A stretch of DNA of 32,000 nt from Vibrio vulnificus CMCP6 (GTDB lineage Bacteria > Pseudomonadota > Gammaproteobacteria > Enterobacterales > Vibrionaceae), in contig NC_004459.3 of NCBI RefSeq assembly GCF_000039765.1, positions 2,151,127-2,183,126 on the forward strand, given 5' to 3'. The notes under the pieces are model-generated. The model worked only from the letters and a program-made list of their open reading frames with translations. It was not told the DNA's origin and did not search any database. Positions within the stretch are counted from its first letter, which is position 1; each line of letters begins with the position of its first letter. A program made the translations under genes and the position numbers. This document shows, in pieces, positions 11,266-21,482 of the stretch.

Positions 11266-11286
11266 AAGGAACAGATAGGAAGTGTC

Positions 11287-11808
11287 ATGTCGATTATTCT
11301 AGGAATTGACCCAGGCTCTCGCGTTACTGGCTATGGTGTGATTCGCCAAAATGGCCGACACCTGCAATATCTTGGCAGTGGTTGTATTCGTACATCAGAA
11401 AAAGATTTACCTGGTCGTTTAAAGCAAATTTATGCGGGTGTAACGGAGATTATTACTCAGTTTCAGCCGGATGCGTTTGCCATCGAACAGGTCTTCATGG
11501 CGAAAAATGCCGACTCAGCACTCAAACTTGGCCAAGCGCGTGGTGCGGCAATCGTTTCTGCCGTGAATCACGATTTGCCAGTTTACGAATACGCCGCTCG
11601 TTTGATTAAGCAAGCCGTGGTAGGCACGGGTGGGGCTGATAAAGCACAGGTGCAACACATGGTGCAACATATGCTCAAGTTACCCGCTAAACCCCAGGCG
11701 GACGCGGCCGATGCGTTAGGTGTTGCCATTTGTCACGCCAATACCAATAAAACCCTCATTGCCTTAGCCGGGCAGGCGACCAGTGCTAAACGAGGCCGTT
11801 ATCGCTAA
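11287..11808 (+). CDS. ruvC: Holliday junction endodeoxyribonuclease RuvC
   Basis: [46 protein letters not shown], 173 aa. This start is preferred to the longer ORF start at 11260, which lies within the terminator. Confidence 0.97.
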   Translation: MSIILGIDPGSRVTGYGVIRQNGRHLQYLGSGCIRTSEKDLPGRLKQIYAGVTEIITQFQPDAFAIEQVFMAKNADSALKLGQARGAAIVSAVNHDLPVYEYAARLIKQAVVGTGGADKAQVQHMVQHMLKLPAKPQADAADALGVAICHANTNKTLIALAGQATSAKRGRYR

Positions 11809-11916
11809 TTGGCTTAAAAATGAGACATCTCAAGCAGAATAAATAATCTAATTTGTTATTTAATTGTTAAGAAATTAGTCTGGTCGGAGGTCTAGTTATA
11901 TTTCAGTCAAGGAAGA

Positions 11917-13383
11917 TTGAAGATGAATCCCGCCCATCTCTGGCACCGCTTTTGTGTGCCTTCACAAGCCCAATGGACGAGCGCTCAGCAAAGACAAGCG
12001 GCGATTCTGTCGCTGTTTACCTTTATCGCGTTCCTCGTTGGCCTATACAGTTTGTTCAAATGGTCGCGTCACGGCCATGAAAGTCTGATCACTACCTCAA
12101 TCGCTCTGATTCTGTGCGAACTCGCCGCCGCGGCAGTGTTACGATGGAGTCGAAAACCGATATTGGCCCTTAACATTGGTTTTGTTGGAATGGTGACACA
12201 TGCGCTCAACATCATTTATCAAAGTGGCGGCGTGGTGGAGTCTACCCAAACGTATTGGATCCCGCTGTTGATCGTGGCATTTTTTCTTTCCGCGACTCGC
12301 ATCATGGCGCTGATATGGAGTGGTTCAGTGATCATGATTGCCGCACTGATGACTTACTTTCATCTTTCTGGAGTGGCTTTCCCTCAGCTCGAGCTCGCAT
12401 CGTCAGCACTTCGCGTGGAAATATGGTCAGGCACCGTATTGCCCTTGGTGGTGATCTGCATTGCTCAAGCCTACACGGCAGGACAGCGTGATAAAGCTAT
12501 CTCAGGTGCGGAACGGGCAACCGCACAAAGTGAAGAAGCGGCGTTGAATGCCAAACAAGGGGCTGCAAATCTTACTCAGGTACTGCAACAGGCGACGGTA
12601 AGTTCGACCGAACTCAATCAGGTTTCTTTAGCGTTGGATTCACAATCGCAAACCCTAGATGCTCAAGTCAGTCAGCTTAATTTGAACTGTCAAAGTCAAG
12701 CGAGCGCGGCGGAAGAAATAAGTCAGCAGATCCACCATATTGCGGAAGGGTTGAATGAGTCTGGCCGATTTGTCAGTGAACTTCAGCAACGCAGTGAAAC
12801 AGTCCATCAGCAAGCGGCGGAAAGTTCAAGGTTGCTTGTTGACTCCACTCAAGCTATTACACAAATACTCACCAGTCATGAGCAGATCATGCGAGTGGCA
12901 GATTTGATTACCTCCGTTGCAGAACAAACCAACTTATTGGCATTGAACGCAGCGATTGAAGCGGCCAGAGCAGGAGAGCAAGGCCGAGGTTTTGCGGTGG
13001 TCGCAGAGCAGGTACGCGAGCTTTCGTCAAAGAGTAGCTACTCCGCGTTGGAAATTCGCCAGTTATTGGACAGAAGTGAACAAGAAGTTCGTCACGGACA
13101 GCAAGTGGTGCACCTGAGTGCCGAGCGAATGGAGAACATCATCGCACAAATCAATACAATTCATGTCGATGTGCAAGCATTGGCTGATATCGTAGGGCAA
13201 CAAAACCAAGCCGTCAAAGAGTTGGATGACGCCAGTAGCGAAGTGGCATTGAATGTGGCCAATACTAAGTGCGTTGCCGATGTGGTGGCAGACAATGGTA
13301 GTGAGTTACGACAGCACGTGAATAAAGTCCGGTTGCTCAGTAACCAACTCGATCAAGTGATCTCAAAAAACGCCACTCATTAA
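11917..13383 (+). CDS. Methyl-accepting chemotaxis-like protein with an N-terminal multi-TM domain
   Basis: 488 aa. About six hydrophobic N-terminal segments, then a cytoplasmic signalling region with the conserved tip [40 protein letters not shown]. Confidence 0.9.
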   Translation: MKMNPAHLWHRFCVPSQAQWTSAQQRQAAILSLFTFIAFLVGLYSLFKWSRHGHESLITTSIALILCELAAAAVLRWSRKPILALNIGFVGMVTHALNIIYQSGGVVESTQTYWIPLLIVAFFLSATRIMALIWSGSVIMIAALMTYFHLSGVAFPQLELASSALRVEIWSGTVLPLVVICIAQAYTAGQRDKAISGAERATAQSEEAALNAKQGAANLTQVLQQATVSSTELNQVSLALDSQSQTLDAQVSQLNLNCQSQASAAEEISQQIHHIAEGLNESGRFVSELQQRSETVHQQAAESSRLLVDSTQAITQILTSHEQIMRVADLITSVAEQTNLLALNAAIEAARAGEQGRGFAVVAEQVRELSSKSSYSALEIRQLLDRSEQEVRHGQQVVHLSAERMENIIAQINTIHVDVQALADIVGQQNQAVKELDDASSEVALNVANTKCVADVVADNGSELRQHVNKVRLLSNQLDQVISKNATH

Positions 13384-13384
13384 G

Positions 13385-13416
13385 ATAAAGAACTGGATGT
13401 CTATCCAGTTCTTTAT
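13385..13416. terminator. Strong hairpin directly after the MCP stop codon
   Basis: Perfect 14-bp stem ATAAAGAACTGGAT (13385-13398) / ATCCAGTTCTTTAT (13403-13416), loop GTCT. There is no long U-tract, so it may not terminate efficiently. Confidence 0.6.
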
Positions 13417-13453
13417 TATCCTGTCGCAAATTCATTTCTAAAGAGTATTGAAC

Positions 13454-14068
13454 GTGATCGGACGTCTTCGCGGCATTCTGCTGGAAAAACAACCCCCTGA
13501 ATTGTTGATTGAAGTTAATGGCATTGGCTATGAAGTTCAGATGCCAATGAGTTGTTTCTACGAGCTTCCTAACATTGGGGAAGAAGCCATTATCTATACT
13601 CATTTTGTGGTGCGTGAAGATGCTCAGTTACTTTATGGATTCAATACCGTGAAAGAACGAGCGCTGTTTAGAGAGGTCATCAAAGCCAATGGGGTTGGAC
13701 CAAAACTGGGTTTGGCCATTTTATCAGGCATGACGGCAAGCCAGTTTGTGGCGTCGGTAGAAAGAGAAGACATTTCCACGCTGGTGAAATTACCGGGCGT
13801 TGGCAAGAAGACCGCAGAACGTCTTGTGGTTGAGATGAAAGATCGTTTGAAAGGTTGGAGCGCTGGCGATCTGTTCACGCCGTTTACCGATGCGGCGCCA
13901 GTCGATTCAGGCAGCACAAGCAGTAACAGTGCAGAAGAAGAAGCGGTCAGTGCACTCTTGGCGTTGGGATATAAGCCTGTTCAGGCATCAAAAGTAGTAT
14001 CGCAGATTGCTAAACCGGATATGACCAGCGAACAGTTGATCCGTGAAGCGCTCAAGTCCATGGTCTAA
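13454..14068 (+). CDS. ruvA: Holliday junction DNA helicase subunit RuvA
   Basis: [56 protein letters not shown] start at 13454; the ORF track extends two codons further upstream. Confidence 0.96.
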   Translation: MIGRLRGILLEKQPPELLIEVNGIGYEVQMPMSCFYELPNIGEEAIIYTHFVVREDAQLLYGFNTVKERALFREVIKANGVGPKLGLAILSGMTASQFVASVEREDISTLVKLPGVGKKTAERLVVEMKDRLKGWSAGDLFTPFTDAAPVDSGSTSSNSAEEEAVSALLALGYKPVQASKVVSQIAKPDMTSEQLIREALKSMV

Positions 14069-14089
14069 TCGCGCAAAATAGGTATTGAT

Positions 14090-15094
14090 ATGATTGAAGC
14101 AGATCGCTTAATTGCTCCGGACAATCCCGCTTTTCGTGATGAAGATGTGATTGACCGCGCGATACGACCAAAGAAACTCGCCGATTACCAAGGCCAAGAT
14201 CACGTACGTGATCAAATGGAAATTTTTATTAAAGCCGCGCAATTGCGTAACGAAGCGCTCGACCATTTATTGATTTTTGGCCCTCCAGGTTTGGGTAAAA
14301 CCACCTTAGCGAACATTGTTGCAAACGAGATGGGCGTAAATATTCGCACCACGTCAGGGCCGGTGTTAGAAAAAGCGGGAGATTTAGCGGCCTTGCTGAC
14401 CAATCTTGAAGAAAACGACGTGCTCTTCATTGATGAAATACACCGACTCAGCCCGATGGTGGAAGAAGTGTTGTATCCAGCCATGGAAGATTACCAATTG
14501 GATATTATGATTGGTGAAGGCCCTGCTGCACGTTCAATCAAAATCGATTTGCCGCCCTTTACGCTAATTGGTGCAACCACTCGTGCCGGCTCACTGACTT
14601 CCCCTTTGCGTGATCGTTTTGGTATTACCCAGCGTTTGGAGTATTACAAAATTCCTGATCTGCAGAATATTGTGCAACGCAGTGCTGACTGCTTGGGGCT
14701 TTCCATGGAAGCGGAAGGGGCATTAGAGGTGGCGCGTCGTGCGCGTGGTACACCGCGTATTGCCAATCGCTTGTTGCGCCGCGTACGCGATTTTGCTGAA
14801 GTAAAAGGCAATGGTCACATCTGTGCAGACACCGCAGACAAAGCGCTCAACATGCTAGATGTGGACTCGAAAGGCTTTGATTACATGGACCGCAAGTTGC
14901 TGTTGGCCATCATGGAGAAATTTGGTGGTGGTCCGGTAGGCTTGGATAACATGGCAGCCGCGATCGGTGAAGAGAAAGACACGATTGAAGATGTGTTAGA
15001 GCCCTATTTGATTCAGCAGGGTTATTTACAACGCACGCCTCGAGGGCGAATCGCAACCGATCGGGCGTATCTTCATTTCGGAATTGAAAAGTAA
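14090..15094 (+). CDS. ruvB: Holliday junction DNA helicase subunit RuvB
   Basis: 334 aa. [63 protein letters not shown]. Confidence 0.98.
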   Translation: MIEADRLIAPDNPAFRDEDVIDRAIRPKKLADYQGQDHVRDQMEIFIKAAQLRNEALDHLLIFGPPGLGKTTLANIVANEMGVNIRTTSGPVLEKAGDLAALLTNLEENDVLFIDEIHRLSPMVEEVLYPAMEDYQLDIMIGEGPAARSIKIDLPPFTLIGATTRAGSLTSPLRDRFGITQRLEYYKIPDLQNIVQRSADCLGLSMEAEGALEVARRARGTPRIANRLLRRVRDFAEVKGNGHICADTADKALNMLDVDSKGFDYMDRKLLLAIMEKFGGGPVGLDNMAAAIGEEKDTIEDVLEPYLIQQGYLQRTPRGRIATDRAYLHFGIEK

Positions 15095-15100
15095 GTTTGC

Positions 15101-15132
15101 AAGGCTAGGCATTAAATTTCCTAGCCTTTTCT
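15101..15132 (+). terminator. Intrinsic terminator after ruvB
   Basis: AAGGCTAGG (15101-15109) / CCTAGCCTT (15120-15128), followed by TTTCTTT. Confidence 0.75.
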
Positions 15133-15277
15133 TTAATGTGAGCAAAATCACAATAAAGAAAATCCAACTACCTCTAAATAGGTAATGCAAAATCGCGCAT
15201 TGTAAACATCTCGTAGCCATAATGAGGCGTGCATTTCCTTCTGATTACCTGGCGTTAACAAACTGTCTTGCATTTGC

Positions 15278-15291
15278 TTGATTTAGATCAA
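15278..15291. promoter_or_regulatory. FNR-type site upstream of cydA
   Basis: TTGATTTAGATCAA matches the consensus TTGAT-N4-ATCAA exactly. Confidence 0.75.
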
Positions 15292-15327
15292 GTTGATTGT
15301 TTTTTAGACAGAAATGCCGCATGTTTC

Positions 15328-15341
15328 TTGATTCAAATCAA
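15328..15341. promoter_or_regulatory. Second FNR-type site upstream of cydA
   Basis: TTGATTCAAATCAA matches TTGAT-N4-ATCAA exactly; centre-to-centre spacing to the first site is 50 bp. Confidence 0.75.
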
Positions 15342-15418
15342 AGCGCTTTGCGTTTATAAAACTTTTGAAACCCTCAGTTTTTAGCAGTAGTATTAGCCGC
15401 AGCTATATTAGCTGATGC

Positions 15419-15434
15419 TTAACAATTAACTAAC
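15419..15434 (-). promoter_or_regulatory. Possible ArcA-type site upstream of cydA
   Basis: Minus strand GTTAGTTAATTGTTAA, with GTTA elements 11 bp apart, resembles the ArcA direct-repeat pattern. Confidence 0.4.
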
Positions 15435-15556
15435 CAATGCGGTACATTTTTGCAACAATATGTTGGTTTAATTCAACATTATTCAAGAAAGTTCAACTCT
15501 TGATGATGATTTGTAAAATGTAGAGAGTGTCATTCAGCCGACACATAGGAGTTACC

Positions 15557-17143
15557 ATGATTGACGTAGTTGATCTGTCGCGGTTGCAGTTTGCACTGAC
15601 AGCGATGTATCACTTCCTATTCGTACCTTTGACTCTAGGCATGGCTTTCCTTTTAGCCATCATGGAATCGCTGTACGTAATGACCGATAAGCAAATCTAC
15701 AAGGACATGACTAAGTTCTGGGGTAAGCTTTTTGGTATTAACTTTGCCCTAGGTGTGGCCACAGGCCTTACCATGGAATTCCAGTTTGGTACGAACTGGT
15801 CTTACTATTCCCATTATGTCGGTGACATTTTCGGTGCCCCTCTTGCTATTGAGGCACTCGTCGCATTCTTCTTAGAGTCCACCTTCGTCGGTCTATTCTT
15901 CTTCGGATGGGAGAGATTATCTAAACGTCAACACTTGGCCGTTACATGGTTAGTGGCATTAGGTTCTAACTTCTCTGCGTTGTGGATTCTTGTCGCGAAT
16001 GGCTGGATGCAAAACCCAGTGGGCGCTGAGTTCAACTTCGAAACCATGCGTATGGAGATGGTGAGCTTTGCCGAAGTGGTACTTAACCCTGTTGCTCAGG
16101 TGAAATTTGTTCACACAGTTGCGTCTGGTTATACAACGGGTGCCATGTTTATCCTTGGCATCAGCTCATACTATCTATTGAAAGGCCGTGACGTCGCATT
16201 TGCGCGTCGTTCGTTTGCTATTGCGGCTTCGTTCGGTATGGCATCGATCTTATCCGTTATCGTTCTTGGTGATGAATCAGGTTACGAGCTTGGCGAAGTA
16301 CAAAAAGTAAAACTTGCGGCGGTAGAAGCGGAGTGGCACACAGAACCTGCTCCAGCAGCGTTTACTCTGTTTGGTTTACCGAATCAGGAAACCATGCACA
16401 CCGACTACGCGATCAAGATCCCTTACGTTATGGGTATCATTGCGACGCGCTCTTTTGACGAGCAAGTAACGGGCCTTCGTGACCTACGTGATCAGCACGT
16501 TGATCGTATCCGTAACGGTATGTATGCCTACGAGTTGCTAGAAAAACTTCGTGCTGGCGATCGCTCTGAAGCGAACAAAGCGGCATTTGATGAAGTGAAA
16601 GGTGACCTTGGTTACGGCTTGCTACTTAAGCGTTATACCGACAAGGTGACCGATGCAACGGAAGAGCAAATTCAAGCCGCCGCGGATGACTCCATTCCAA
16701 CCGTATGGCCACTATTTATGTCGTTCCGCATCATGGTTGGCTGTGGCTTCATCATGCTGTTTGTCTTTGGTGCAGCATTCGTTCAAACGTGCCGTCAAAA
16801 GATCGAGCAAAAACCTTGGATTCTGAAAGCGGCGCTATTTAGCATCCCACTTCCTTGGATTGCGATCGAAGCAGGTTGGTTCGTCGCTGAGTACGGTCGT
16901 CAACCTTGGGCGGTGGGTGAAATTCTCCCAACCCACGTTGCCGCTTCGGCACTGACGATTGGCGAGCTATGGACCTCTCTATTCGCTATTTTGGCACTGT
17001 ACACCGTGTTCCTGATTGCAGAGGTGTACCTCATGTTGAAGTTCGCTCGCAAAGGACCAAGTAGCCTTAAAACAGGTCGTTACCACTTCGAACAAAATGG
17101 CGAGTCTATTGAAGACAAAGTTAATCGCCAAGTAGAAGCGTAA
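15557..17143 (+). CDS. cydA: Cytochrome bd ubiquinol oxidase subunit I
   Basis: [42 protein letters not shown] ggag ribosome-binding site precedes the ATG at 15557. Confidence 0.97.
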   Translation: MIDVVDLSRLQFALTAMYHFLFVPLTLGMAFLLAIMESLYVMTDKQIYKDMTKFWGKLFGINFALGVATGLTMEFQFGTNWSYYSHYVGDIFGAPLAIEALVAFFLESTFVGLFFFGWERLSKRQHLAVTWLVALGSNFSALWILVANGWMQNPVGAEFNFETMRMEMVSFAEVVLNPVAQVKFVHTVASGYTTGAMFILGISSYYLLKGRDVAFARRSFAIAASFGMASILSVIVLGDESGYELGEVQKVKLAAVEAEWHTEPAPAAFTLFGLPNQETMHTDYAIKIPYVMGIIATRSFDEQVTGLRDLRDQHVDRIRNGMYAYELLEKLRAGDRSEANKAAFDEVKGDLGYGLLLKRYTDKVTDATEEQIQAAADDSIPTVWPLFMSFRIMVGCGFIMLFVFGAAFVQTCRQKIEQKPWILKAALFSIPLPWIAIEAGWFVAEYGRQPWAVGEILPTHVAASALTIGELWTSLFAILALYTVFLIAEVYLMLKFARKGPSSLKTGRYHFEQNGESIEDKVNRQVEA

Positions 17144-17159
17144 GGCAAGGAGACAGAAA

Positions 17160-18296
17160 ATGTTTGATTATGAAATCTTACGACTGATTTGGTGGGTTCT
17201 GATCGGTGTTCTACTGGTTGGTTTCGCCGTCACCGATGGTTTCGATATGGGGGTGGGTGCGCTCGTTCCTGTTATCGGTAAAAACGACACTGAGCGTCGT
17301 ATAATGATTAACACCATCGCACCGCACTGGGATGGTAACCAAGTTTGGCTAATCACCGCTGGTGGTGCACTGTTTGCCGCTTGGCCTCTGGTTTATGCAA
17401 CGTCGTTCTCTGGCTTCTATCTAGCGATGTATGTCACGTTAGCGGCACTTTGGCTACGTCCACTTGGCTTAGACTACCGTTCTAAAATCGAAAACCCAAA
17501 ATGGCGTAATGCATGGGATGGCGCGATCTGTTTTAGTGGCGCGGTACCGCCAGTGATATTCGGTGTTGCTTTTGGTAACTTACTGCAAGGCGTACCATTT
17601 GAGTTGAACAACCTGCTAATGTCAGAGTACAAAGGTTCATTCTTTGCACTATTGAATCCATTTGCATTACTTTGTGGCGTTCTCAGCTTAATGTTGTTTG
17701 TTCTCCAAGGTGCAACTTGGCTACAAATGAAGACAACAGAAGCGCTGCATACCCGCGCACGTAACGTTGCTCAAATTGCGGGCCTTGTGGTTGTGGCATT
17801 GTTCGTGATTGGTGGTTTCTGGGTTCAATCGATCGAAGGCTACGTGATTACGAGCACCATCGATACATTTGCAGATTCCAACCCGCTGAATAAAGAGGTT
17901 GTCCAACAAGCGGGCGCTTGGATGGCGAACTTTGAAACCTATCCAGCCATGTGGGCTGCGCCAGTATTGGGCGTGTTCATGCCATTGCTTGCGGTGATTG
18001 CCTCTCGTTTTGAGCGTGGTGGTTTCGCTTTCCTATTCTCAAGCTTGGCAAACGCCGGTGTGATTTTGACGGCTGGCTTCGCAATGTTCCCATTCGTGAT
18101 GCCTTCAAGCCTTGTTCCTGCACACAGCTTGACTATGTGGGATTCAACAGCAAGTGAACTGACCCTTGGTTTGATGACGGCTGTCGCGGCGGTTATGGTA
18201 CCTGTGATTCTTGGCTACACAACTTGGACTTACTACAAGATGTTTGGTCGTCTAGATAAGAAACACATCGAAGACAACGACGTTTCAGCTTACTAA
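17160..18296 (+). CDS. cydB: Cytochrome bd ubiquinol oxidase subunit II
   Basis: MFDYEILRLIWWVLIGVLLVGFAVTDGFDMGVGALVPVIGKNDTERRIMINTIAPHWDGNQVWLI. Confidence 0.97.
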   Translation: MFDYEILRLIWWVLIGVLLVGFAVTDGFDMGVGALVPVIGKNDTERRIMINTIAPHWDGNQVWLITAGGALFAAWPLVYATSFSGFYLAMYVTLAALWLRPLGLDYRSKIENPKWRNAWDGAICFSGAVPPVIFGVAFGNLLQGVPFELNNLLMSEYKGSFFALLNPFALLCGVLSLMLFVLQGATWLQMKTTEALHTRARNVAQIAGLVVVALFVIGGFWVQSIEGYVITSTIDTFADSNPLNKEVVQQAGAWMANFETYPAMWAAPVLGVFMPLLAVIASRFERGGFAFLFSSLANAGVILTAGFAMFPFVMPSSLVPAHSLTMWDSTASELTLGLMTAVAAVMVPVILGYTTWTYYKMFGRLDKKHIEDNDVSAY

Positions 18297-18308
18297 GGAG
18301 TAATTACT

Positions 18309-18416
18309 ATGTGGTATTTCGCATGGATTCTGGGTGTACTATTAGCGTGTGCATTCGGCATTATTAATGCTCTTTGGTTAGAGCACAGTGAAATGATGGA
18401 TAAAGACAGTGAGTAA
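18309..18416 (+). CDS. cydX: Small cytochrome bd subunit CydX, 35 aa (too short for the supplied ORF track)
   Basis: Translated by hand: MWYFAWILGVLLACAFGIINALWLEHSEMMDKDSE*. Located directly after cydB. Confidence 0.93.
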   Translation: MWYFAWILGVLLACAFGIINALWLEHSEMMDKDSE

Positions 18417-18711
18417 CTTGGATGCGCGAATCGCTTCGTTGCATGAGCCGCTAGACAAAACAATCTTAAAAGTGATTGCGTTGTTGCTTGGTTTCTTGCA
18501 CGTGGGATTAGTGATGTGGGACCCAGAAGCATACGCAACTGCGATTGGCGGATTCAATGCGCTAATCGGTCCTGCTCTAATCTGGGCGGTTTGCTCCAGC
18601 ATGGTTTATGGCGTTGGATTTAAGCCGAAGAAATGGGTGTGGCAACTCTTGTTTAGCCCATACTTCTCGCTGTCTATATTGCTGTTTCTCACCGCTTTAT
18701 ACATTTTGTAA
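18409..18711 (+). CDS. ybgE: Cyd operon protein YbgE
   Basis: GTG start overlapping the cydX end. MSNLDARIASLHEPLDKTILKVIALLLGFLHVGLVMWDPEAYA, 100 aa, hydrophobic. Confidence 0.88.
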   Translation: MSNLDARIASLHEPLDKTILKVIALLLGFLHVGLVMWDPEAYATAIGGFNALIGPALIWAVCSSMVYGVGFKPKKWVWQLLFSPYFSLSILLFLTALYIL

Positions 18712-18730
18712 CCGAAAAGGTTAATAATTG

Positions 18731-18760
18731 AGCCAGGCATCTTGCCTGGCTTTTTATTTT
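18731..18760 (+). terminator. Intrinsic terminator after the cyd operon
   Basis: AGCCAGGCA (18731-18739) / TGCCTGGCT (18743-18751), then TTTTATTTT. Confidence 0.85.
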
Positions 18761-18855
18761 CCCCACGCAACTCAAAAAAAGTCTGAACTGCGGTACCAAT
18801 TTATGCCGCTTACGTTATAGTAATTGCCTTTAAACGCGAATGAATTGGTAGAATT

Positions 18856-19275
18856 TTGAACGGAATACGTCAGCCTTTTACTTGGCCAGTTACAGTGTAT
18901 TACGAAGACACCGATGCAGGTGGGGTGGTCTATCACTCCAATTATCTGAAGTTTTTTGAGCGAGCAAGGACCGAATTATTACGCTCAGTCGGTATTTCGC
19001 AGAATGTCTTGCTGGAACAAAACATCGGCTTTGTTGTCCGACACATGGATATCGATTTTATTCAGGGTGCTCGCCTTGACCAACACCTCACCATATTGAC
19101 TAAAATTGGCGAAATTAAACGCGCTTCGCTGCTTTTCTGTCAGGAATTAGTCAATGATGACGGCAAGTTATTGTGTAAAGCAACAGTTAAGGTAGCATGT
19201 ATCGACAATGTAAAAATGAAGCCAATTGCAATACCCACTTCTATTATTTCGGAGCTGACAAATAGTGACTGCTGA
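18856..19275 (+). CDS. ybgC: Tol-Pal associated acyl-CoA thioesterase
   Basis: [35 protein letters not shown] hotdog thioesterase motif; first gene of the tol-pal cluster. Confidence 0.94.
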   Translation: MNGIRQPFTWPVTVYYEDTDAGGVVYHSNYLKFFERARTELLRSVGISQNVLLEQNIGFVVRHMDIDFIQGARLDQHLTILTKIGEIKRASLLFCQELVNDDGKLLCKATVKVACIDNVKMKPIAIPTSIISELTNSDC

Positions 19276-19948
19276 TATTTCTATTCTTGACCTGTTTTTA
19301 CAAGCAAGCCTACTGGTAAAACTGGTAATGTTGACTTTGCTTGGTATGTCAGTTGTGTCATGGGCCATGATCATCAAACGCAGTAAAGTGCTTTCAAAAG
19401 CAGCAAAAGATGCAGAAGAGTTTGAAGATAAATTTTGGTCAGGTATTGATCTCTCTCAGTTGTACCAACAAATCAAAGCTCGAAAAGATGAGCTTTCTGG
19501 CACCGAAGAAATTTTCTACGCGGGCTTCACCGAATTCGCGCGTTTACGCAAAACCAACCCAACATCGCCGGACTTCGTGATGGAAGGCACTGGTCGCGCC
19601 ATGCGAGTCGCGGTGTCTCGTGAAGTTGACGAGCTGGAAACGAGTTTACCATTCCTTGCTACCGTAGGTTCCATTACGCCATATATCGGTCTATTTGGTA
19701 CTGTGTGGGGTATCATGCATGCTTTCATCGCGCTTGGCGAAGTGAAACAAGCAACATTATCAATGGTGGCTCCGGGTATCGCAGAAGCGCTTATTGCGAC
19801 AGCAATGGGTCTTTTTGCCGCGATCCCTGCGGTTATGGCTTACAACCGATTTGCCAGCAAAGTGGGCAAGCTAGAGCACAACTACTCAACGTTTTCGGAA
19901 GAGTTTCATAGCATTCTGCACCGTCAGGCGATGGCAGGTAGTCAGTAA
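19265..19948 (+). CDS. tolQ: Tol-Pal system protein TolQ
   Basis: [57 protein letters not shown]; GTG start. Confidence 0.97.
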   Translation: MTADISILDLFLQASLLVKLVMLTLLGMSVVSWAMIIKRSKVLSKAAKDAEEFEDKFWSGIDLSQLYQQIKARKDELSGTEEIFYAGFTEFARLRKTNPTSPDFVMEGTGRAMRVAVSREVDELETSLPFLATVGSITPYIGLFGTVWGIMHAFIALGEVKQATLSMVAPGIAEALIATAMGLFAAIPAVMAYNRFASKVGKLEHNYSTFSEEFHSILHRQAMAGSQ

Positions 19949-20388
19949 TGGCCGGGTATCAACCAAAAAAACGTAAGATGACCGCAGAGATTAACGTCGT
20001 GCCTTATATCGACGTTATGTTAGTACTGTTGATCATCTTTATGGCAACAGCCCCGTTTGTTTCTCAGGGGGTTGACGTTGAGTTGCCAAAAACCAGTAAC
20101 GCTAAAACCATGTCGGATTTAGCGGGTGAAAGTGACAGCAGCTTTATCATCATTGAGGTCGACAGCGAGGGCAACCTAGGTCTGAGTGTAAACAATGATG
20201 AAGTGCAGCGTGGACTCTCTTTAGAAGATGTGATTGTGCGTGTGAAAGCCGAACTTTCACTAAAGCCAAATTCTCCCGTGGCAGTGGGTGGTGACGCGGC
20301 GACACCTTATGCGGAAGTCGTTTTGTTGCTAGATGAGCTGAGTAAGGCTGGCATCGAGAAAGTCGGCCTACTGACGGATATCAAATAG
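19948..20388 (+). CDS. tolR: Tol-Pal system protein TolR
   Basis: KRKMTAEINVVPYIDVMLVLLIIFMATAPFVSQGVDVELP. The start codon overlaps the tolQ stop. Confidence 0.97.
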   Translation: MAGYQPKKRKMTAEINVVPYIDVMLVLLIIFMATAPFVSQGVDVELPKTSNAKTMSDLAGESDSSFIIIEVDSEGNLGLSVNNDEVQRGLSLEDVIVRVKAELSLKPNSPVAVGGDAATPYAEVVLLLDELSKAGIEKVGLLTDIK

Positions 20389-20402
20389 AACCAGACGCGA
20401 TC

Positions 20403-21470
20403 ATGAGAGAAAAGAAAAGCAAACGGAATGATTACGTAGTACCGATAGCAGTATCGGCGGCTCTGCACGTTGTTTTAGTTATCGCACTTTTGTGGGGCGC
20501 GGACTTTACCATGTCTAAACCACAGCCGAGTGGGCAGATGGTCCAGGCAGTCGTCATTGACCCTAACTTAGTAAAACAGCAAGCCAATCAAATTCGTCAG
20601 CAGCGCGAATCGGCAGCAAAAAAAGAGCAAGAAAGATTAGATAAACTGCGTCGTGAAGCGGAGCAACTGGAGAAGAATCGCAAAGCGGAAGAAGATCAGT
20701 TGCGCAAGCTAAAGGAGCAACAAGCGCGTGATGCCAAAGCGGCGCGAGAAGCCGAAGAAGCGCGTAAACAGAAAGAACAAGAGAAGAAAGTCGCAGAAGA
20801 AAAAGCACGCAAAGAGAAAGAGCGTGTTGCAAAGCTTGAAGCTGAGCGAAAAACAAAAGAAGAAGCGATTAAAAAAGCGGAACAAGAACGTTTAGCGAAA
20901 GAAGCAGCCATCGCGAAAGCAGAGCAAGAACGCATCGCGAAGGAAAAAGCGGCAAAAGAGGCAGAAGAAAAAGCTCGCCGTGAAAAAGAAGCCGCCGCTA
21001 AGGCAGAGCAAGAGCGCATAGCGAAGGAAAAAGCCGCCAAAGAGGCCGCAGAAAAGGCGCGTAAGGAAAAAGAACGTTTAGAGCGTCTTGAGCGTGAACG
21101 TAAAGAACAAGAAGCCGCACTGAACGACATTTTTGCTGGGCTTGAAACTGAATCTAGCCAAAACAGCGCAGCGAGAAGCCAGCATGTTCTGGATGAAAAA
21201 AATCGTTATGGTGCTATTTACACACAACTTATTCAGCAACGCCTTCTTAAGGATGAATATTTGTTGGGAAAGTCGTGTAAGGTGAACATTAAATTGATAC
21301 CAACAGGTGTCGATGCAATCGTCAATTCGGTGAGTATTTTGGAAGGGGATACCCGAGTCTGTAACGCGGCTAAGAGCGCTATTTTGCAGGTTGGTTCCTT
21401 CCCAATGCCAGCGGATGATGCAGTGAGACAAGAGCTGCGTAATATCAATTTAACTGTTGATTTCGAATAA
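20403..21470 (+). CDS. tolA: Cell envelope integrity protein TolA
   Basis: N-terminal TM, long K/E/A-rich helical domain, C-terminal domain YTQLIQQRLLKDEYLLGKSCKVNIKLIPTG; position between tolR and tolB. Confidence 0.95.
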   Translation: MREKKSKRNDYVVPIAVSAALHVVLVIALLWGADFTMSKPQPSGQMVQAVVIDPNLVKQQANQIRQQRESAAKKEQERLDKLRREAEQLEKNRKAEEDQLRKLKEQQARDAKAAREAEEARKQKEQEKKVAEEKARKEKERVAKLEAERKTKEEAIKKAEQERLAKEAAIAKAEQERIAKEKAAKEAEEKARREKEAAAKAEQERIAKEKAAKEAAEKARKEKERLERLERERKEQEAALNDIFAGLETESSQNSAARSQHVLDEKNRYGAIYTQLIQQRLLKDEYLLGKSCKVNIKLIPTGVDAIVNSVSILEGDTRVCNAAKSAILQVGSFPMPADDAVRQELRNINLTVDFE

Positions 21471-21482
21471 AAGGACTAAGAC

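Noticed and set aside
11260-11286. Upstream ruvC start (MFKEQIGSV)
   Set aside because: It begins within the terminator U-tract; [13 protein letters not shown] at 11287 matches the expected RuvC N-terminus and length.
20563-20856. Minus-strand 97-aa leucine-rich ORF in tolA, resembling a membrane protein
   Set aside because: The apparent hydrophobicity arises from the complement of Lys/Glu/Gln codons in tolA; no independent evidence.
20696-21130. Minus-strand 144-aa Ser/Arg-rich ORF in tolA
   Set aside because: Antisense shadow of the K/E/A-rich TolA domain; low-complexity composition explains the open frame.
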